A DNA stretch of 64,000 nucleotides from Bacteroidota bacterium (GCA_009786075.1 WQTX01000006.1:99-64098); one strand, 5' to 3'. Positions 20,638-29,819 are shown, numbered from the stretch's first letter. Notes: generated from the letters alone by a model not told the origin. A program made the numbers and translations.

Positions 20638-21846
20638 TTAGCGTTGTAAAAGATTTCGCGCCTCTTGGTTGGAAATACGTTTGCCCACATAGTAAGGCAC
20701 CACAAACGCATCGGTTATACCTTTTGCAACCATTGTTTCTCTCAATACATTGGCTTCTTCCAATGAGCGGCTTGCTCCTATGGTATATTTGTAAAGTCCG
20801 CCGTCAATTTCCTCGAAAGGCACTTGTGGCAAATTGTATTTGTTTTTCAAACTCATTGCCGTATTTGCATTGTATGTTTGCCGTGCAGATATTTGCACAC
20901 GATACACCAAACCTTCACGTGTTGTTGCCGGAGCAGTTCCCGCGCGAACCGCAGTAACTTCCGGTTGTGTTTCAACATACGTTGATGTTGCCGGTTTCGT
21001 TGTTGCCGGTTCAGCAAAGTCGAAATCAAAATCATCACTTGCTTCCGCCACTGGCGCAACGGTTTCAAAATCTTCTTCCACTACTACTTCTTCAACAACT
21101 TCTTTCACAACAGGTTGCACTGGTGTATACACTTGTTGATACGTTGGAGCCGGTTTTTTACTCGTTTTGCTAAACACATAATTAACGCCTATACCCGGCG
21201 TAAACATCATATCTCTGAATTTTGCATTTTCAACCATATCGAGCTTTGTAGCACTTGTAATATGCCATGTTACATCAAGAACTGCCGAAAATTTCGGAGT
21301 AAAACGGTATTCAAAACCCAAACCAAACGGAATAGTAATCTCTGTGGTTGTGCCCGATTCGCCTACTTTCTTTTCCTCTTCTTTTTTGTTTACTATTGTT
21401 GTTTTATATAGTGCCGATTTAAAATGTAACATTCCGGCGCCGGCTTGCGCATACACCGAAAATTTCGGTTCATCGCTGATAGCCATTAAGTCGGTAAAAC
21501 GGAATTGTACCATGGCGTTATATGTAAAATAATCTGTCCTAAATCGTTGACTTCCGTGCTTTCCTGTTCCACTAACTGCTTTTTCGTCTTCTTTATTCCC
21601 TGCCAATGCGCCCTGCATAAGAGTTCCTTTCAAATCGAAATACGGTACAAGTTCTTTTGTTACGGAAAAACCAAGATGGTATTTTGCATCTTTGAACTGG
21701 GTGGTAATATCGCCAATGGCAAACCCAATTCCGCCGGAAGCTCCAACGCCCCAACCTTGTGAAATCCAACTTTGTGCTGTTGCTACATTTAGAGTTGCAA
21801 ATGTTCCCGCCAATGCTATAAGTGCAGGTAAGAATAATTTTTTCAT
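20638..21846 (-). CDS. Outer-membrane beta-barrel protein with acidic linker and SPOR-like C-terminal domain
   Basis: Signal peptide, OmpA-type barrel strands, C-terminal VYRVQI...YKYTIG...DAFVVPY. Confidence 0.7.
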   Translation of the reverse strand: MKKLFLPALIALAGTFATLNVATAQSWISQGWGVGASGGIGFAIGDITTQFKDAKYHLGFSVTKELVPYFDLKGTLMQGALAGNKEDEKAVSGTGKHGSQRFRTDYFTYNAMVQFRFTDLMAISDEPKFSVYAQAGAGMLHFKSALYKTTIVNKKEEEKKVGESGTTTEITIPFGLGFEYRFTPKFSAVLDVTWHITSATKLDMVENAKFRDMMFTPGIGVNYVFSKTSKKPAPTYQQVYTPVQPVVKEVVEEVVVEEDFETVAPVAEASDDFDFDFAEPATTKPATSTYVETQPEVTAVRAGTAPATTREGLVYRVQISARQTYNANTAMSLKNKYNLPQVPFEEIDGGLYKYTIGASRSLEEANVLRETMVAKGITDAFVVPYYVGKRISNQEARNLLQR

Positions 21847-21921
21847 GTGTTATATTATTTTTAGAATTTCGGTAAAAGTACAAATTTCATGACAAACTGC
21901 AAACAATTTTTGAAATTAATC

Positions 21922-22653
21922 TCACATTTTCATAATTTCTTCTATTTCCAACCCAGTAAATTGTTTGATTTTTTTAAACAAATAAAATAAAACTACTACC
22001 ATAATTATAGTAGCCGGAAGCGCTATTACAGGAAAACTTAAACCTAACATTCTACTGTATTCGGCATTAAATTCGGGTGTTCCGCTGGGGCTGTGCATAA
22101 TAATTTTTGCCAACACAAAATTCATAATTGCCGAAAATCCAAACGATGCCGCTAAAAAATACGACGAACGATTGATAGTTTGTTCAAATTCCGGTTGCAA
22201 ATTTCTTTCTTCCAAAATCGCCTCTATTTTCTCCATATTCATAATATCGGGATTAAAAAGCAGTTTTTTAAGTAACGGAAACGGCGTGCGCATACTTACC
22301 AAAACCGCAATACCTATTATTAATGGTACCGATGCTTCTTTGTAAGCAATCCATTCTGTCGGAAGTTGAAAAACTCCGATAATTCCCGTCAATAAAATTC
22401 CCGCAAAACCAAGAATTGAAATAAAATTGGTTTTGCGTGCACGAAACCAATCGTATAAAAAATACCCTAACGGAAACAGCAAAGCCACAATTAAAGCCGT
22501 TGCCGGCATTGCCGTTGGCGAACTAAATAATTCACTCGAAATAATGTTGGCACCTTGCAGGCGTACAACTATTTTTTCGAAGCGATTTAAAACTAAAATC
22601 GGAATAACAATATTGAAAATGATACTCCATAAGGGGTTTTCTTTTTTTTTCAT
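21922..22653 (-). CDS. Integral membrane protein (VC0807-like)
   Basis: Multiple TM helices; NIVIP, KEASVPLIIG, FNAE...LSFPVIALP. Confidence 0.7.
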   Translation of the reverse strand: MKKKENPLWSIIFNIVIPILVLNRFEKIVVRLQGANIISSELFSSPTAMPATALIVALLFPLGYFLYDWFRARKTNFISILGFAGILLTGIIGVFQLPTEWIAYKEASVPLIIGIAVLVSMRTPFPLLKKLLFNPDIMNMEKIEAILEERNLQPEFEQTINRSSYFLAASFGFSAIMNFVLAKIIMHSPSGTPEFNAEYSRMLGLSFPVIALPATIIMVVVLFYLFKKIKQFTGLEIEEIMKM

Positions 22654-22660
22654 AAAAAAT

Positions 22661-22780
22661 TAGGGATTAGGTATTAGGGGTTAGGATTTTAGGTTGTAGG
22701 AGACGAGGTTTTTAGGTTTTAGAAACAAGGTAGTTCCCTTGTCTCCTAATTCCTCGTCTCCTTGTTTCCTCGTCTCCTAA
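22661..22780. repeat. Degenerate 7/8-nt tandem repeats in both orientations
   Basis: TAGGGAT-TAGGTAT-TAGGGGT-TAGGATT... then inverted CCTTGTCT/CCTAATT/CCTCGTCT units; related arrays at 14575-14610, 26274-26307, 63882-63925. Confidence 0.75.
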
Positions 22781-22849
22781 TAAAAAAAGCCATTTGAAAA
22801 AAATATCAAACAGCTTTTTCTAAAAATTTTATATGTTAATGGCATGTTA

Positions 22850-23008
22850 TTACCGTTTGTGGCGACCTTCGTCCGACACTGTTAATTTTTTTCTGCCTTT
22901 TGCTCTACGAGAAGCCAATACTCTACGTCCGTTTGCGGTTGCCATTCTCTCGCGGAAACCGTGTTTATTTCTTCTTTTACGTTGTGAAGGTTGAAATGTT
23001 CTTTTCAT
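22850..23008 (-). CDS. rpmH: 50S ribosomal protein L34
   Basis: [22 protein letters not shown]; start corrected to ATG at 23008; TAnnTTTG promoter at 23050-23057 (-). Confidence 0.97.
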   Translation of the reverse strand: MKRTFQPSQRKRRNKHGFRERMATANGRRVLASRRAKGRKKLTVSDEGRHKR

Positions 23009-23175
23009 TGTATCTAAACTTATTTGGTAATACTTAAAAAATTGGACTGCAAAAATACTACTTTTTTTATAACTAACAAACAATGCAAATGATTTTTCAA
23101 TAATTTTTTACCTTAATACGGCTTTAATTGATTTTATTCGTAATTTTACAATCTGAAATATCTGTTTAAATTGAT

Positions 23176-23270
23176 ATGGATTGCTTCACTATCGTTCGCA
23201 ATGACGCCCTTTTGAGGATTAGCACAAACCCACAAAAGAGCGTCATTGCGAGCAGAGCGAAGCAATCCAT
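23176..23270. repeat. Inverted REP doublet, GTCATTGCGAG...AAGCAATCC family
   Basis: ATGGATTGCTTC...CGCAATGACG (23176-23206) and CGTCATTGCGAG...GAAGCAATCCAT (23241-23270); another copy at 63973-63999. Confidence 0.8.
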
Positions 23271-23289
23271 AAGAAAAATTTAAAAATCC

Positions 23290-23835
23290 ATGAAAAAACA
23301 CTGCCTCTTTTTTCTGCTTTGTGTCAGCATTTGCACGTATTCCGTAGCGCAACGCAATCCTCAATGGGGTGAAGCGGTTGCCACAAATTTTGCAAAAAAT
23401 GTATATAAAATCGACACCGGCGTATATCGTTGTGCCCAACCTGATAGTGCAGCTTTTGCTGAACTTGCGGCAATGGGAATAACCGAAATCATAAATCTTC
23501 GTTCGTTTGACACCGATAAAAAATATACACAATCCGGCATAACGTTTCATCATATAAATATGCAGGCTGAACATTGTAATTACAAAAAAATAGTGCGAGT
23601 TTTGCAATTGATTAAAAATAGAAACGGAGCGATTGCCATTCACTGCAAGCACGGCGCCGATAGAACAGGTTTGATAATTGCCCTCTATCGCATTGTGTTT
23701 CAAGATTGGACAAAAGAAGAAGCAATTGATGAATTGAAAAACGGTGGCTATAATTTTCATGCGATTTATGGGAATATACCTCGGTATATTATGAAATTAG
23801 ATATTGAACAATTAAAGAAAAATGTAGGATTATAA
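23290..23835 (+). CDS. Exported dual-specificity/tyrosine phosphatase family protein
   Basis: HCKHGADRTG (HCx5R) active site, YRCAQP, IINLR; signal peptide. Confidence 0.88.
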   Translation: MKKHCLFFLLCVSICTYSVAQRNPQWGEAVATNFAKNVYKIDTGVYRCAQPDSAAFAELAAMGITEIINLRSFDTDKKYTQSGITFHHINMQAEHCNYKKIVRVLQLIKNRNGAIAIHCKHGADRTGLIIALYRIVFQDWTKEEAIDELKNGGYNFHAIYGNIPRYIMKLDIEQLKKNVGL

Positions 23836-23860
23836 AAAGTGAAACAGTCTCCCACCTGCC

Positions 23861-23936
23861 GTCATTCCTGCGAAGGCAGGAATCTCTTAATAAATAAGTG
23901 CTTTTTCGAGGAGATTCCTGCCTTCGCAGGAATGAC
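23861..23936. repeat. Perfect 26-bp inverted REP doublet, GTCATTCCTGC family
   Basis: GTCATTCCTGCGAAGGCAGGAATCTC ... GAGATTCCTGCCTTCGCAGGAATGAC. Confidence 0.88.
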
Positions 23937-23973
23937 ACAAGAGAGTTAGTCTGTAAATTAAAATTGAATAAAA

Positions 23974-24162
23974 ATGAATTGCGAAAAAAAACAATGCCCC
24001 TGCCCCAAAACAACCTGCGCCAGCCACGGCAAATGCTGCGACTGCGTAGTAAAACACCGAACAACCGATAGCCTGCCTTTCTGCCTGTTCCTCGACAACG
24101 ACGGCGATAAAAGTGTGGAAAATTATTATCGAAAATTGAAATTGAGATTTGAAAAAGTATAA
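23974..24162 (+). CDS. Small Cys-rich protein (DUF6485-like)
   Basis: 62 aa, CPC-x4-C-x2-HGKCCDCV-x2-H...LPFC pattern. Confidence 0.7.
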   Translation: MNCEKKQCPCPKTTCASHGKCCDCVVKHRTTDSLPFCLFLDNDGDKSVENYYRKLKLRFEKV

Positions 24163-25324
24163 AAACATATCGTCTTTTTTTTGCAGAATACTGCTTGTAT
24201 TGCTGTTTTTTGCGTGTGATGTGTGCACGGTTGTAGCACAAGAAGATGACTTGTCTCCCAAAACATCAATACCGACATTTCTTGAAGCAAAAATTTTGTT
24301 TGGTTCCGTTTTGCCGCATTATTCATATATGAATTATTTAAGCGAATCGTATCAAAAAGGTATTGCGCTACATTATACAATCATGCCCAAAAGACTAATA
24401 CTATATGATAGAATATGGAAATATCCTTCTTACGGCGTTGGGCTACGCCACATAACAATGGGAAATGCCGAAAAACTTGGCAATATTTCAACGCTTTATG
24501 CGGTGTTTGATGGTAAATTTTTTTACAAATTTTTTCGTTTTACGCCATATTACCAAATAAATACAGGATTGGCGTATGCTCACAAGAATATGAAAAAATC
24601 GCTCTACAACACTGCGGTAAGTAGTCCGCTGAGCTTTTTTGCAGCAATTAATTGTGGTGTACAATACAATATAAACTATGCTTCAAACATACGATTTGGG
24701 ATTGAACTTGAACATCTCTCGAACGGAAAAACTACAACACCGAATTTGGGATTTAATTCATTACTGTTAACGGTGGCGTATAAACAAGGTTTTCTACGTT
24801 ATAGTCAAAAATCAAGAATCAATGATTTTTCATCACCAACAACAAGCCACCACCGCATAAACCTCACCGCCGCCGGATTTTTCAAAACCGACGATTTTGT
24901 AACCGAAAAAAAATATTTTACAAGCGTATTTTTTGCCGAGTATGAATGGTTGAGCAACGCATATTGGTGGGGCTTGCAAGCCGGCGGTGATTATTTTTAC
25001 GACCGCAGCATTGCCGCTCGCAAATCTGCACCTTCAACGTGGAGCGAACACAAACGCCTTATGGACGTGGGCGTACATGCCGGAACATTTGTGAAATATT
25101 CGCACATGGTAATGTTTTTGCAAATGGGGCGTTATATTGGAAGTAACACGCAATCAGCCGATTTTTTTACTCGTGTAGGTTTGCGCTACGAATGGCAACG
25201 ATTGTTTGCCAATGTTTCGCTACGAGCGCATGGAGCTACGGCGCAGAGTGTTGAAATGGGGGTGGGGTATAAAATTAGATTAAGCCCCCTAAATCCCCCT
25301 CAGGGGGACTTAAAGAAACAATGA
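24149..25324 (+). CDS. Acyloxyacyl hydrolase / PagL-like outer-membrane barrel
   Basis: HLSNGKTTTPNLGFN motif (PagL-type H-x-SN), barrel strands; last residues encoded by a repeat element. Confidence 0.7.
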   Translation: MKKYKNISSFFCRILLVLLFFACDVCTVVAQEDDLSPKTSIPTFLEAKILFGSVLPHYSYMNYLSESYQKGIALHYTIMPKRLILYDRIWKYPSYGVGLRHITMGNAEKLGNISTLYAVFDGKFFYKFFRFTPYYQINTGLAYAHKNMKKSLYNTAVSSPLSFFAAINCGVQYNINYASNIRFGIELEHLSNGKTTTPNLGFNSLLLTVAYKQGFLRYSQKSRINDFSSPTTSHHRINLTAAGFFKTDDFVTEKKYFTSVFFAEYEWLSNAYWWGLQAGGDYFYDRSIAARKSAPSTWSEHKRLMDVGVHAGTFVKYSHMVMFLQMGRYIGSNTQSADFFTRVGLRYEWQRLFANVSLRAHGATAQSVEMGVGYKIRLSPLNPPQGDLKKQ

Positions 25325-25440
25325 AATTATGATAAAATATAGAACAAATATTGAAAGTTGCGGTTTCCTCAAGTCCCCTAAAGGGGGATTTAGGGGGCTT
25401 TTTTTTCTCTTCCTTTTCCCCCTGTGGGGGTTAGGGGGCT
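25283..25440. repeat. CCCCCTAAATCCCCC-family palindromic element spanning a gene junction
   Basis: Left end AGCCCCCTAAATCCCCCTCAGGGGGACTT; right ends AAGTCCCCTAAAGGGGGATTTAGGGGGCT (to 25399) and CCCCCTGTGGGGGTTAGGGGGCT (to 25440). Confidence 0.85.
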
Positions 25441-26114
25441 GTTCCTCTGATGCCTGCCTGCAAGGCGCGGGCAAAACGCAGGAACGTACCGTTGAACTTT
25501 CGGAATTTTCGGCATTGCACGTTCATAATATTTTCAACATTGAATTAGTGCCCGATACCTGCAATAAAATTGTGATGCGAGCCGGAAAGAATTTGCTCAA
25601 TAGCACAAAAATTGAACAAAACAATGGTGCCGTGCATTTGTATAATTCCTCACGCTGTGCCATGTTCAAAGGTTTTGAAAAAATTAATCTGCGCATACAT
25701 TTTTCAAATATCGACACGCTCAATGTGTGGGAAGCCTGCGAAATTGTGAGCGAGCAAGCTATTGAAAACAATCTCTTTATTAATATGCAGGCAACTATGT
25801 GTGATATACGTTTGCATTTAGATAATAACTCCACTAAACTCGCAAATTTAAACAAAGCCGGCGGTTTAATAGAGTTGTATGGGCAAAGCACAAATGCTAA
25901 TTTTGCAGTGAATTATACTGCACAACTCAAAGCGCACAATTTGCAAACCGAAAATACAACAATTGTGAGCACTACAATAATGGATTGCACGGTACATGCC
26001 TCGCAAAAATTAACTGCAACGGCAAATCGCAACGGCAAAATTTTATACGCAGGTAATCCTGTGGAGGTGATTGTGAAAAAAGGAACGGTTGAGGTATTAC
26101 CCCCAATCCCCTAA
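25329..26114 (+). CDS. GIN/DUF2807 beta-helix lipoprotein
   Basis: Lipobox LGGC, C-x-x-G-x-G...R-x-V-x-L-x-x-F N-terminus, G-x-I-x-Y-x-GNP C-terminal motif. Confidence 0.75.
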   Translation: MIKYRTNIESCGFLKSPKGGFRGLFFLFLFPLWGLGGCSSDACLQGAGKTQERTVELSEFSALHVHNIFNIELVPDTCNKIVMRAGKNLLNSTKIEQNNGAVHLYNSSRCAMFKGFEKINLRIHFSNIDTLNVWEACEIVSEQAIENNLFINMQATMCDIRLHLDNNSTKLANLNKAGGLIELYGQSTNANFAVNYTAQLKAHNLQTENTTIVSTTIMDCTVHASQKLTATANRNGKILYAGNPVEVIVKKGTVEVLPPIP

Positions 26115-26195
26115 AGGGGGCTTTCAGAGCAACGAAATAGACCTGAGCAACAGCACTTTCACTGTGCAAAAGTCCCCTTTAGGGGATTTAGGGGT
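26099..26195. mobile_element. ~97-bp MITE-like element (CCCCTAAAGGGG hairpin ends)
   Basis: Hairpin-bearing inverted ends; closely similar inverted copy at 44367-44464, including the internal spacer. Confidence 0.75.
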
Positions 26196-26309
26196 AAATA
26201 AAATTTGAAAAATCAAATAAAAAACACAATATTTGCAGCCGAAAAGCGTTTTAGAACAAAATTTTATTCAGTACCTATTTCCTAACCCCTAATTCCTAAC
26301 TCCTAATTT

Positions 26310-27467
26310 ATGAAAAAACTCCTATTTTTTGTATGCGCAATCGCATTATTTTCATGTTCCACAAGTAACAAAAGTCAGGACACAACCAATGCCGATGCGC
26401 CCATGAATAGCGCAGGATTTGTTATCAACCGAGGTATCAATATCAGTCATTGGCTTTCGCAATTGTATGGCACACGAGGTCAACAAGCCACATTTTTTAC
26501 CAAAGACGATGTGCGTCTGCTCGACAGCCTTGGCTACGACCACATTCGCCTGCCGATTGACGAAGAAAATTTGTGGGACGAAAACGGAAAACCAATAGCC
26601 GAAATGTTTGATTATCTCAAAAAAGCTATTCAATGGAGTTTGGAATACAATATGCGTGTGATAGTTGATTTACACATTATTCGCAGTTTCCATTTCAATG
26701 CCGGAAACGATGGCAAAGTAAACCGGCTGTTTACCGACCCCAAAGAACAGAAAAAATTCTACAAATTGTGGGAAACGTTATCGGATTCTTTGAAATCGTT
26801 CCCCGAGTCGATGGTTGCCTACGAATTGTTGAACGAACCAGATGCTCCCACTCCCGAAGATTGGAACAAACTTGTAGCCGGTGGCATAAAAACTATTCGC
26901 GCTCGCGAGCCGGAACGGGTAATTTTTGTTGGCTCAAATAAGTGGCAAATTACATCGACTTTCCCCGATTTGAAAGTTCCGAAAGGCGATAAAAATATTA
27001 TTTTGAGTTTTCACTCCTACGAACCTCTGCTGTTTACGCATTTTCGCGCCGATTGGACTGAATTTAAAGATTTCAATGATTCGGTTTCGTACCCCACAAT
27101 AATTACCCAAGAAGTTTTCGACCGCAATACGCACTTTACCCAAGGGAATTCGCCGGAATTTTTCAAAGAAGCCTTGCAAACATTCAGTCCCGAAAAATAT
27201 GAAAAAATGTTTCAACCGGCAATTATAAAAGCACGGGAATTGGGTTTGCAATTATATTGTGGCGAATTTGGCGCACTGCCCACCACGCAACGTGAGCACC
27301 GGTTACAATATTATAAAGATATAATTGAGGCGTTCAACAAAAATAACATTGCTTATGCTGCATGGGATTACAAAGGCAATTTCGGTATACGTGAGTGGGA
27401 CACCGGAACGCAACAAAATGGTGCGCTTGATAGTGAACTTTCGAATATTTTGACAGGAAAGAAATAA
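26310..27467 (+). CDS. Glycoside hydrolase family 5 lipoprotein (endoglucanase-like)
   Basis: Lipobox FSC; RGINISHW, HIRLP, VDLH, YELLNEP (acid/base), SFHSY, YCGEFG (nucleophile), AWDY. Confidence 0.92.
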   Translation: MKKLLFFVCAIALFSCSTSNKSQDTTNADAPMNSAGFVINRGINISHWLSQLYGTRGQQATFFTKDDVRLLDSLGYDHIRLPIDEENLWDENGKPIAEMFDYLKKAIQWSLEYNMRVIVDLHIIRSFHFNAGNDGKVNRLFTDPKEQKKFYKLWETLSDSLKSFPESMVAYELLNEPDAPTPEDWNKLVAGGIKTIRAREPERVIFVGSNKWQITSTFPDLKVPKGDKNIILSFHSYEPLLFTHFRADWTEFKDFNDSVSYPTIITQEVFDRNTHFTQGNSPEFFKEALQTFSPEKYEKMFQPAIIKARELGLQLYCGEFGALPTTQREHRLQYYKDIIEAFNKNNIAYAAWDYKGNFGIREWDTGTQQNGALDSELSNILTGKK

Positions 27468-27480
27468 TTTAGAACGCAAA

Positions 27481-27879
27481 CTAATTATTAATTATGTGTA
27501 CAAAATTCCCGCTACCATGATTCATGGGATGTCCCTCAACGTTTGTTTCCCATGTTACTTTTTGTCCGGCGTGCAAACCTTCAATAATTTTCGTGTCGGT
27601 CGTGTCGCTTGGTGAAACGTACAAAGTAAATTTTCCGTTTGGTGCAGGTAAATTAGTTGTAAACACGCACGAATCGGGAAGATTTGCTTGATTTGAGCCG
27701 GTAATTGAATACTTAAATAAAACTGTGCCGGTGTTGTCGGCAACTACGGTACCTTTTGTTTTTTTCTCGGTTTCGGTTTTGTTGCACGATATTAGTGAAA
27801 AACAAAGAACAAAAGCCACTACAATAGCTAAAATTCCGATAAAGGCATCGCCTACTCTGTGTTGTTGAATACTTCCCAT
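27481..27879 (-). CDS. Hypothetical lipoprotein
   Basis: Hydrophobic N-terminus ending LISC, ATG start, no overlap with neighbours. Confidence 0.6.
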   Translation of the reverse strand: MGSIQQHRVGDAFIGILAIVVAFVLCFSLISCNKTETEKKTKGTVVADNTGTVLFKYSITGSNQANLPDSCVFTTNLPAPNGKFTLYVSPSDTTDTKIIEGLHAGQKVTWETNVEGHPMNHGSGNFVHIINN

Positions 27880-28032
27880 GACTGTAAATTTTTATGTGTG
27901 TATTGTGTTAAATTTGATAATGCAATAATACACTATTTGCTATTGCAATACACTCAAATAGCTGCTGCTATTTGTCATAAAAAAGTATGATTGTTGTTTT
28001 TACAAAAAAGGGATTGCTACTTTTGCTTGGTT

Positions 28033-29103
28033 TTATTGTATTCTGTGGTAATGACAAAATAATAGTTTTCCGGTTTCGTCGTGCAAGTGCATTCCGTTGC
28101 CTTCACAGTAGCGAAACATTTTGCAATCGGCACATACACCTGTTTTTGCCCATGCTCTGTTACGGAAAGGTTGAAAACGATTTTGCCATACGTCCCAGAA
28201 ATTGTCTTGGTAAATATTTCCTTGATTGAAATTAAAACGAATGCTCGGACAAGCAGAAATTGCGCCGTCGGCAAGCACCGAACCAACGTTTATACCGGCT
28301 TGACAAGTATAAAAATGGTCTCGAACTTCCATTTCGTAATTACCTAAAAATCCCTCGCAACCATAGCTAAGGTGTATTTTTCCTTCTTTTCGAGTTTCTT
28401 GAATAAAATTAAGCACTGCCGTAAAATCTTCGTTTGAAAGTTGAAATTCAGGGTATTGAGCAGCTCGTCCAACGGGGAAAATAGTAAAAATACGCCAATT
28501 TTTCACGCCGATAGAAATCAAAAAATCTCGAAATTCGGCAAGCTGCGCAAAGTTTTTTTGATTGACACAAGTTACAATATCCCATACAAGTTCCTTTTCT
28601 TCAATCAACATTTTTACTGCATTCAAGGCTTTTTCGTAGCTGTTGGGATTTCCTCGCAACCAATTATGCGCCTCTTCAAATCCGTCTAAGCTAATTGTAA
28701 TTGAGTGCATACCCGATGCCAAAAGCGAATCTAACCGTTTGCGTGAGAGCAACATACCATTTGAAACAATTCCCCACGGAAACCCACGGCGATAGAGTTC
28801 CAAACCGCACTGTTCAAGGTCGGGACGCATCAATGCCTCGCCGCCTGTGAAAATTATAAATGTTTTGTTAGGATTTACGTGAGGGGTAATTTCATCAATC
28901 ACACGAAAAAAATCTTGTGCCGGCATATCGGGTTTTTCTGCAAAAACACGACAATCGCTACCACAGTGCAGGCACGAAAGATTGCAACGCAAGGTACATT
29001 CCCAAAACAATGTTTTCAGTTCGTGAAGTTCAGTATTATTTTTACGTAACCGGCGAAAAATTTCGAGTCCAATCCGTTTGCGGAGCGAAGGTTTTTTGTT
29101 CAT
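28033..29103 (-). CDS. Radical SAM/SPASM peptide/protein maturase (rSAM/lipoprotein system, TIGR04133-like)
   Basis: WECTLRCNLSCLHCGSDC (CxxxCxxC), TGGE, SLDG, SPASM CQAG...DGAISACP...CADC...C. Confidence 0.9.
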   Translation of the reverse strand: MNKKPSLRKRIGLEIFRRLRKNNTELHELKTLFWECTLRCNLSCLHCGSDCRVFAEKPDMPAQDFFRVIDEITPHVNPNKTFIIFTGGEALMRPDLEQCGLELYRRGFPWGIVSNGMLLSRKRLDSLLASGMHSITISLDGFEEAHNWLRGNPNSYEKALNAVKMLIEEKELVWDIVTCVNQKNFAQLAEFRDFLISIGVKNWRIFTIFPVGRAAQYPEFQLSNEDFTAVLNFIQETRKEGKIHLSYGCEGFLGNYEMEVRDHFYTCQAGINVGSVLADGAISACPSIRFNFNQGNIYQDNFWDVWQNRFQPFRNRAWAKTGVCADCKMFRYCEGNGMHLHDETGKLLFCHYHRIQ

Positions 29104-29106
29104 AGA

Positions 29107-29607
29107 TTATTCGTTTACCGATTTGTCTTCGCTCAATTCAATATCTTTTTGCAGAGTAAATTCGCCTTCATACCAACCGCTACCTCTCTTAGTTTTTACA
29201 GCATTTTTCCAATCAATAAAAATAGTATCGGCAGTAAAATAACCGCCATTTTCTACGCCATCTAAATCATAAACATACAAAGAATCTATATTGTCATAAA
29301 TTCCGGGGAAAGCGTACGGTTGTAATTGAAAATTACCATTTTCATCGGTATATGTTGGTAATTGAGAATTGTATTCAGTTTGTGGAACACCATATTCAAC
29401 ATCTATACGAGGAGCTTTAAATCCAACAAATATTCCTTTGATTGGTTTTTTATCGGCTTTGTTTGTTACTTTTCCTTTCAAAATATAGGTAGCTTCCGGT
29501 GTGCCGTATTCACACGGTGCTGAACAATTTGAAAAACCTAACAACCCCAACAATGCTGCCAAAATAGCATTGAAAGTTTTTAAAGTGAAATGATTAAATT
29601 TTTTCAT
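29107..29607 (-). CDS. Radical SAM-associated lipoprotein (TIGR04134-like)
   Basis: Signal ending GFSNC, then CEYGTP; KGKV...PIKGI, D-x-DG-x-ENGG, GWYEG; 3 bp from the rSAM start. Confidence 0.85.
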   Translation of the reverse strand: MKKFNHFTLKTFNAILAALLGLLGFSNCSAPCEYGTPEATYILKGKVTNKADKKPIKGIFVGFKAPRIDVEYGVPQTEYNSQLPTYTDENGNFQLQPYAFPGIYDNIDSLYVYDLDGVENGGYFTADTIFIDWKNAVKTKRGSGWYEGEFTLQKDIELSEDKSVNE

Positions 29608-29797
29608 CGGCGTTTTCTATTAATTCTACATCAACGTTTTTAGTTTCAAATTGAGCGGCAGGCGTGCCATATTCTGGAACAGGCGACGGCGCACCATATT
29701 TATAAGTAGGCTCACAATTTGAAAACCCAAACAATGTGAGCAAAGCAAACAAAATCGCATTCGCAACTTTTTTGTAATGTAATTGTATTGTTTTCAT
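29594..29797 (-). CDS. Short lipopeptide, putative rSAM substrate
   Basis: 67 aa, same NAIL..ALL..GFSNC signal as the neighbour, two YGxP motifs, 14-bp overlap with the next gene. Confidence 0.75.
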   Translation of the reverse strand: MKTIQLHYKKVANAILFALLTLFGFSNCEPTYKYGAPSPVPEYGTPAAQFETKNVDVELIENADEKI

Positions 29798-29819
29798 AGT
29801 ATTGTGATATTTACTTGCA

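Noticed and set aside
23146-24261. Minus-strand ORFs 23146-23760, 23789-24241 and 23887-24261
   Set aside because: They overlap better-supported plus-strand genes and run through REP sequences (RLLRSARND- and DSCLRRND-type translations).
27941-27950. TATTGCAATA palindrome upstream of the small lipoprotein
   Set aside because: A 10-bp AT-rich palindrome is expected by chance in this composition.
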